Of a stretch of 64,000 bases of DNA, positions 58,828-64,000 are shown one piece after another. Below the pieces are notes generated by a model, which ran no database searches, had not been told where the DNA came from, and worked only from the letters and a program-made list of their open reading frames with translations. The stretch lies in assembly GCA_017559985.1 (NCBI GenBank), contig JAFYPW010000036.1, forward strand, positions 23,295 through 87,294. The letters run 5' to 3'. This stretch comes from Oscillospiraceae bacterium. GTDB lineage: Bacteria > Bacillota > Clostridia > Oscillospirales > JAAYXM01. The first letter of the stretch is position 1. Each line of letters opens with the position of its first letter. The position numbers and the translations under genes are program-made.

Positions 58828-59892
58828 ATGGAAAAAGTAAAAGTGCTTCTTATAGGTGCAGCGTTCTCTGCTGACTTGCATGCTGAGGGTTATGCAAGAT
58901 GCCGCGATGTTGCAGAACTCGTCGCTATCTGCGATAAAGACACAAGCCGTGTAAAAGACCTTGCTGACAGGTACGGCTTTACTGATTACCAGGTTTATGA
59001 TGATATGTTCAAGGCTATTGATGAAGTAGAGTGTGATGTTGTTGACATCTGCCTGCCCAACTTCCTTCACGTTGAAGCGGCACTCCGCGCATTTGCAAAG
59101 GGACGCCACGTCATCAGCGAAAAGCCGCTTGCTACAACGGTAGAAGATGCGGAAAAGATGATAAACGCAGCAGAGGCAGCAGGAAAAAAGCTCTACTATG
59201 CAGAAGACTGGCTCTTTGCGCCGGCTCTCAACCGTGCTCTTGAAGTTATAAATGAAGGCGCAATAGGAAAGCCGATGTTCGTCCGTGCACGCGAGTGCCA
59301 CTGTGGCTCACACTCACCGTTTGCACAGACAATCAAGTTCTGCGGCGGAGGTTCTATGGTACATCTCGGCGTTCATCCGGTATGCTTTATGCTCGCGCTC
59401 AAAAACAATCGTTGGACAGAAGTTGTTGCTATGACATCCGGCGGCGGAGAGGAAAATCTCTGGCACAAGACAATGGAAGGCGAAGACTGGGGTGCAGCTC
59501 TTATGCGTTTTGAAGACGGCACAACAGCGCTTTTAGAGGCAAACTACGTCACAACAGGCGGTATGGAAGACGTTATCGACTTCTACGGCGACAATGGTTG
59601 TCTCCACGTTGACCTTACTTTCTCATCGGCATTGAACCTTTACTCAATTCCGGGTGCATCATACACTGTTGAGAAGGCAGAGGTAACAACAGGCTGGTCA
59701 AGACCGGCAGTTGACGAGAAGTTCAACCTCGGCTATGTAAACGAAATCCGTCACTTTATGGAATCTGCCCGCGACAACAAGGACGCAAAGGTAGGTCTCC
59801 GCGGTATAGACGGTTACGAAGCAATCCGTGTTATCAACCTTATCTACAAATCAGCCCGTGAGGGAATTGCAATAAAGAACGATAGACTTTAA
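58828..59892 (+). CDS. Gfo/Idh/MocA-family NAD(P)-dependent oxidoreductase
   Basis: 354 aa with Rossmann N-terminus 'VKVLLIGAAFSADLHAEGY', 'LPNFLH' and the 'VISEKPLA' family motif. SD GAGGAGG lies 8 nt upstream. Confidence 0.88.
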   Translation: MEKVKVLLIGAAFSADLHAEGYARCRDVAELVAICDKDTSRVKDLADRYGFTDYQVYDDMFKAIDEVECDVVDICLPNFLHVEAALRAFAKGRHVISEKPLATTVEDAEKMINAAEAAGKKLYYAEDWLFAPALNRALEVINEGAIGKPMFVRARECHCGSHSPFAQTIKFCGGGSMVHLGVHPVCFMLALKNNRWTEVVAMTSGGGEENLWHKTMEGEDWGAALMRFEDGTTALLEANYVTTGGMEDVIDFYGDNGCLHVDLTFSSALNLYSIPGASYTVEKAEVTTGWSRPAVDEKFNLGYVNEIRHFMESARDNKDAKVGLRGIDGYEAIRVINLIYKSAREGIAIKNDRL

Positions 59893-59934
59893 TCTACAAA
59901 AATAAAGAGGACTTATTTTAAGGAGGAAAAACGT

Positions 59935-62577
59935 ATGACAGGCAATTTCAATCTTCCGGTAGAGATAGCCGGCGTAAAGTTCCGCAACCCGTTCTATGTA
60001 GCATCGGGTCCGACCACAAAATCAGTAGAACAGCTCAAAAAAATCGAAGAATGCGGCTGGGGTGCAGCTTCAATCAAGCTCACAATCGACCCGGCTCCGT
60101 ATATCAACCGCGTTCCGCGTTATGCAATTTTCAAGGACCGCAACGCTCTTTGCTTCACAGTTGAGAAGCGCCTTAAATTTGAAGAAGGCTTAAAACTCAT
60201 GCGCGATGCAAAGAAAGAACTCAAAGGCGACCTCAAGCTTATGGCAAACATCACATATGCAGGTGATAAGGGCGTAGCAGGCTGGGTAAACATGGCAGTT
60301 GAGTTTGAAAAAGCAGGTGCTGACATCATCGAGCTTAATATGTGCTGCCCGAATATGTCATTTAACCTCCAGCTTTCCCAGGGCGACGACAACGCTTCAA
60401 AAATCAAGACGGGCGCAAGCCTTGGTCAGAACGGTGATGCGGTTGCAGAAATCGTTCGCGAAATCAAGAAGTCAATCTCAATTCCGCTCTTCGTTAAGCT
60501 CACTCCTGAGGGCGGAAGAATTGCACAGATTGCAACAGCTCTTTATGCTGCCGGCGCAGATGCTGTCGGTGGTACATCGAACCGTATGGCTCTTCCACCG
60601 ATCAACCTTGATCATCCGGAAAAGGCTCCGTATCATCTCCAGGACGAGATTTCAATGTCCTGCCACTGCGGTTCATGGGTAAAGCCTCTTGCACTCCGTG
60701 ATACATACGAAATCAGAAAAGTTAACGGTCCCGAGCCGAAGATTATGATGGCTGGCGGTGTCAGAAACTGGCGCGATGCTTGCGAAATGTTCATGGCAGG
60801 TGCAGACCTTGTTGGTATCTGCTCAGAAACACTTATCTCGGGTTACGGCTTCATTGGTGATCTTATCGACGGAGTCCGCGACTTTATGGATAGCCACGGT
60901 TACAGCAACACACGTGAAATGCGTGACCTTATCCTCCCGCACGTCCGCACAGCAGCAGACGTTACACTCTACAAGGGTTATTCTCACGTAAAAGGAACTC
61001 TTGCAGCACCGTGTAAGTCAGCTTGCCCTGCAAACGTTCCGGCTCAGGCATATGTCAATATGATTGCCCAGAAGAACTTCAAGCGCGCATATGAGCTCAT
61101 CGTCGGCGCGGCACCGCTTATGGGTATCTGCGGCGTTGTCTGCTCACATCCGTGCGAACTCTCCTGCACACGCGGCATAACAGGCCGTTCAATCCAGATC
61201 CGTGACCTTAAACGCTTTACTCTTGAACAGGCAAAGAAGAACGGCTGGAAGCCTGACCTCGTCAAGGCAAAGGCAAACGGCAAGAAGATTGCTGTTATCG
61301 GTTCCGGTCCGGCAGGTATCTCTGCTGCATTCTACCTTGCAAAGGCAGGTTACGGCGTAACCGTATTTGAAAAAGAAAATTATCTCGGCGGTATGCTCCG
61401 CTACGCTATACCGAACTTCCGTCTTGACAAGAGCCTCATCGACGATGAAATCGCAATTCTCAAAGAGCTTGGTGTTGAGTTCAAGACAGGCGTTATGTTC
61501 GGAAAGGATATTACGGCAGAAAGCCTTAAAAAGGACGGATTCGACTCCGTATTTATGGGCGTTGGCGCTCAGTCCGGCAGACTTCCGGGCATTCCGGGCG
61601 AGGATGCAAAGGGCGTATTCAATGCTGTTGATTTCTTAAAGGATGTATATGACGGCAAGAAGATTTCTATCGGTGATGACGTAGTTATCCTCGGCGGCGG
61701 CTTCACAGCTGTTGACGCAGCACGTACAGCACGTCGACTCGGTGCAAAGAATGTTTACATTGCTTACCGTCGTACACGCGACGAGATGCCGGCAACTGCG
61801 GAAGAAATCGCAGAGGCAGAGGCAGAGGGCGTAAAGATTATGTACCTTGTTGCTCCGACAGAGATTGTCGCTGCAAACGGCAAGGTTTCAGCAATCAAGA
61901 TGACAACTCAGGTTCTCGGCGAGTCTGACACAAGCGGCAGACGTCGTCCTGAGGCAGTTTGCGGTGCAGAGTTCACACTCAAATGCGACACGGTTGTTGC
62001 AGCTATCGGTCAGGTTCCGTGCAAGTGCGCAACAGACGGTATCAAGACAACAAGAAGTGGCATGATTGCAGTTAACGAGTGGAACGCAGTTGACGAGTTC
62101 ATCTACGCAGGCGGTGACGCAGTTGAGGTCCGCAACATCATCTCTGCTGTTGCAGACGGACGCCGTGCGGCATACTGCATCGACTTCAAGCTTACAGACG
62201 GTAACCCGAACGTTGAGCTTGTAAACATCGCAGACACGGTTGACCCGTATGCTGTTCTCCGTCGCAACCCCTACTTCACAGACAACGGTGCAGTTGACCT
62301 TGATACAAAGGCAGGCGCAGAAAGAGTCAAGAACTTCGACACATTCCGCCGCGTAATGACAGAGGATGAGGCTGTCAAGGAAGCATCCCGCTGCCTCAAA
62401 TGCGGATGCGGCGAAGGTTGCCAGCTCTGTAAGACAATATGCACAGACTTTGCGGTTGACATTGTTGCTGATGACACAATGCAGATCAACAAAGACAAGT
62501 GCGTAGCCTGTGGTATGTGCTACAACCGTTGCCCGAACGGCAACATCGAGATGATTGATCTCGGAATCAAAGCATAA
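59935..62577 (+). CDS. Multidomain flavo-iron-sulfur oxidoreductase: DHOD/DPD-type FMN barrel, then GltD/PreT-like FeS plus FAD/NAD(P)H module, then C-terminal ferredoxin-type Cys clusters
   Basis: 880 aa. Residues 1-340 carry 'VKFRNPFYVASGP', 'IELNMCCPN', 'PLFVKLTPE' and 'MMAGGVRNWRDACEMFMAGADLVGICS'. Residues 350-760 carry 'CKSACPANVP', 'GICGVVCSHPCELSCTRG', 'KIAVIGSGPAGISAAFYLAKAGYGVTVFE' and 'VVILGGGFTAVDAARTARRLGA'. The C-terminus carries 'CLKCGCGEGCQLCKTIC' and 'CVACGMCYNRCP'. Confidence 0.85.
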   Translation: MTGNFNLPVEIAGVKFRNPFYVASGPTTKSVEQLKKIEECGWGAASIKLTIDPAPYINRVPRYAIFKDRNALCFTVEKRLKFEEGLKLMRDAKKELKGDLKLMANITYAGDKGVAGWVNMAVEFEKAGADIIELNMCCPNMSFNLQLSQGDDNASKIKTGASLGQNGDAVAEIVREIKKSISIPLFVKLTPEGGRIAQIATALYAAGADAVGGTSNRMALPPINLDHPEKAPYHLQDEISMSCHCGSWVKPLALRDTYEIRKVNGPEPKIMMAGGVRNWRDACEMFMAGADLVGICSETLISGYGFIGDLIDGVRDFMDSHGYSNTREMRDLILPHVRTAADVTLYKGYSHVKGTLAAPCKSACPANVPAQAYVNMIAQKNFKRAYELIVGAAPLMGICGVVCSHPCELSCTRGITGRSIQIRDLKRFTLEQAKKNGWKPDLVKAKANGKKIAVIGSGPAGISAAFYLAKAGYGVTVFEKENYLGGMLRYAIPNFRLDKSLIDDEIAILKELGVEFKTGVMFGKDITAESLKKDGFDSVFMGVGAQSGRLPGIPGEDAKGVFNAVDFLKDVYDGKKISIGDDVVILGGGFTAVDAARTARRLGAKNVYIAYRRTRDEMPATAEEIAEAEAEGVKIMYLVAPTEIVAANGKVSAIKMTTQVLGESDTSGRRRPEAVCGAEFTLKCDTVVAAIGQVPCKCATDGIKTTRSGMIAVNEWNAVDEFIYAGGDAVEVRNIISAVADGRRAAYCIDFKLTDGNPNVELVNIADTVDPYAVLRRNPYFTDNGAVDLDTKAGAERVKNFDTFRRVMTEDEAVKEASRCLKCGCGEGCQLCKTICTDFAVDIVADDTMQINKDKCVACGMCYNRCPNGNIEMIDLGIKA

Positions 62578-62648
62578 ATTATATAAAAATATGCGTGCGC
62601 TTCGATTTGTCGGGGCGCACGCGAAAGCATAGAAAGGAAAGAAACAAA

Positions 62649-63467
62649 ATGAGTAATATGTTTTCACTTGAAGGAAAAATCGCAGTAGTAACAGGTGCGG
62701 GCGGCGTTCTCTGTGCAGAGATTTCAAAAGGACTTGCACGTGCAGGTGCAAAGGTTGCACTTTTGGACCTTCGTCTTGATATGGCAGAAAAAGCAGCAGA
62801 TGCTATCCGTGCAGAAGGCTTTGAAGCAGCTGCTTTTGAGTGTAATGTTCTTGAAAAGGCAAGTATTGAGAAGGCAAAGGACGAAGTTCTTGCAAAGTTC
62901 GGCAAGGTTGATATTCTCTTAAACGGCGCAGGCGGAAACCACCCGAAGGGTTCAACAAGTCCGGAAATGTCATTCTTTGACATCCCGCAGGAAGCTGTTC
63001 AGTGGGTGTTCAACCTCAACATCGTCGGAACTATTCTTCCGACACAGGTTTTCGGTAAGCTCTTTGCAGAACAGAATTCAGGCTGTGTTGTAAACATAAG
63101 CTCAATGTCGGCCTACCACCCGCTCACACGCACTGTTGCATATTCCGCAGCCAAGGCAGGCGTAACAAACTTCACAGAGTGGATGGCAGTTCACTTCAAT
63201 CAGGAATATTCAAAGAATATCCGCGTCAATGCTATCGCTCCGGGATTCCTTCTCACACAGCAGAACTACTATCTTATGGTAGATGAGAAGACAGGTGGCA
63301 ACACACCGCGTGCAGAAAAGGTTCTCGCAAAGACTCCGATGGATCGCTTCGGAAAACCTGAAGAGCTTGTAGGCGGCGTTATTTATCTCTGCTCTGATGC
63401 CGCATCATTTGTTAACGGAACAGTTCTCGCCATCGACGGTGGATTCAACGCATATTCAGGAGTTTAA
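62649..63467 (+). CDS. SDR-family oxidoreductase (mannonate/gluconate-5-dehydrogenase-like subgroup)
   Basis: 272 aa from the ATG at 62649 ('MSNMFSLEGKIAVVTGAGGVLC'). 'NGAGGN', catalytic 'SSMSAY..YSAAKAG' and 'NAIAPGF' motifs. Confidence 0.88.
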   Translation: MSNMFSLEGKIAVVTGAGGVLCAEISKGLARAGAKVALLDLRLDMAEKAADAIRAEGFEAAAFECNVLEKASIEKAKDEVLAKFGKVDILLNGAGGNHPKGSTSPEMSFFDIPQEAVQWVFNLNIVGTILPTQVFGKLFAEQNSGCVVNISSMSAYHPLTRTVAYSAAKAGVTNFTEWMAVHFNQEYSKNIRVNAIAPGFLLTQQNYYLMVDEKTGGNTPRAEKVLAKTPMDRFGKPEELVGGVIYLCSDAASFVNGTVLAIDGGFNAYSGV

Positions 63468-63469
63468 TT

Positions 63470-64000
63470 ATGAAACTGTACATTAACGGCAAAATCCATT
63501 CAATGGATGCTTCCGGAAGTGTATATTCCGCGCTTTGTGAAGAGGACGGAAAGATTTTGGGACTGGGAGATGAAAAAGACCTCATCTCCCGGTATCCTTG
63601 CGCTGAAACGGTCGACCTTCAAGGTAAGACAGTTATTCCGGGAATAATCGATACACATGCGCATCTTTTTGCCGCGGCACTCAGCGAAAAAACGCGTAAG
63701 CTGTTTATTCCAAAAAGCGTGAGCGAGCTTCTTTCTGATCTGAAAGAACGCGTTAAAAGTCTTCCGGAAGGCGAGTGGGTCATCTATAAAAACACATATG
63801 TGTTAAGACTTTCCGAACTGCGTTTTCCTACACGCGAGGAGCTTGATGCGGCAGCACCGAAAAATCCGGTTGTTGTGGACGGATATTATGCTTCCCAGCT
63901 CAATACCGTGGCACTCAATATGATAGATTTTGAGAAACTGCCAAAAGGTGCCGGCGTTGAATATAACGACGACGGCAGTATGACGGGGCTCTTGAAGTGC
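63470..64000 (+). CDS. Amidohydrolase-family metal-dependent hydrolase (YtcJ/Amidohydro_3-like), 5' part, continuing past the window end
   Basis: ATG at 63470, 2 nt after the SDR stop, and open to base 64000. 'MKLYINGKIHSMD..GKILGLG..DLQGKTVIPGIIDTHAHLF' and 'PTREELDAAAPKNPVVV' are typical of this family. Confidence 0.8.
   Translation, partial: MKLYINGKIHSMDASGSVYSALCEEDGKILGLGDEKDLISRYPCAETVDLQGKTVIPGIIDTHAHLFAAALSEKTRKLFIPKSVSELLSDLKERVKSLPEGEWVIYKNTYVLRLSELRFPTREELDAAAPKNPVVVDGYYASQLNTVALNMIDFEKLPKGAGVEYNDDGSMTGLLKC

Noticed and set aside
58811-58840. Tiny out-of-frame uORF (ATGAGGAGGTTTATGTTATGGAAAAAGTAA) overlapping the Gfo/Idh/MocA start
   Set aside because: The first ATG is part of the SD region (GAGGAGG) of the real gene. 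The 9-codon frame has no SD of its own and is most likely coincidental.
61888-62760. 290-aa minus-strand ORF spanning the 3' end of the DPD-like gene, the spacer and the 5' end of the SDR gene
   Set aside because: It lies entirely antisense to two ORFs with strong family motifs. Its translation is low-complexity (Cys/Val/Ala/Thr-rich) with no recognisable motif, SD or promoter. This is typical of shadow ORFs opposite codon-biased genes.

Overview
All calls come from reading the sequence and ORF translations and recognising motifs; no BLAST, HMM or structure search was run. The window looks like a gene-dense chromosomal segment of a spore-forming Clostridia-class Firmicute, based on the yabP-yabQ-divIC-yabR-spoIIP cluster, AddAB rather than RecBCD, a V-type ATPase, and the recJ-relA-dtd-MBL-hemZ operon. 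I support 64 protein-coding regions, including two edge-truncated CDS and one 51-aa ORF missing from the supplied track. I also call a set of sigma-A-like promoters and hairpin terminators. I saw no rRNA, tRNA, CRISPR array, transposase, integrase or phage genes, and no recognisable defence system. Most of the window is housekeeping: alaS, purA, recJ, relA, dtd, mnmE, hflX, addAB, hup, mazG, and a nine-gene ntp operon with a Na+-type c-ring signature. Three clusters could not be mapped to characterised pathways and are the best candidates for something undescribed. (1) A tightly coupled minus-strand operon of a cytoplasmic ATP-grasp ligase, PHP phosphoesterase and NodB-type deacetylase, plus a CDF transporter (54096-58699). 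(2) Divergently transcribed from the same AT-rich control region, a Gfo/Idh/MocA dehydrogenase, an 880-aa DPD-like flavo-iron-sulfur protein with permuted domain order, an SDR and an amidohydrolase (58828 to the window end). (3) Two tandem RimK-type ATP-grasp ligases translationally coupled to an ArsB/NhaD-type anion permease (31743-34695). Smaller observations are: a repeated GTTAGC-N4-GCTAAC palindrome before both feoA and feoB; a feo operon extended by a Cys-rich mini-protein and an HMA-domain protein; an apparently circularly permuted orphan solute-binding lipoprotein; and a probable non-canonical (AUU) start for the ATP-grasp gene. All functional hypotheses for the three clusters are inference and need database and experimental checks.
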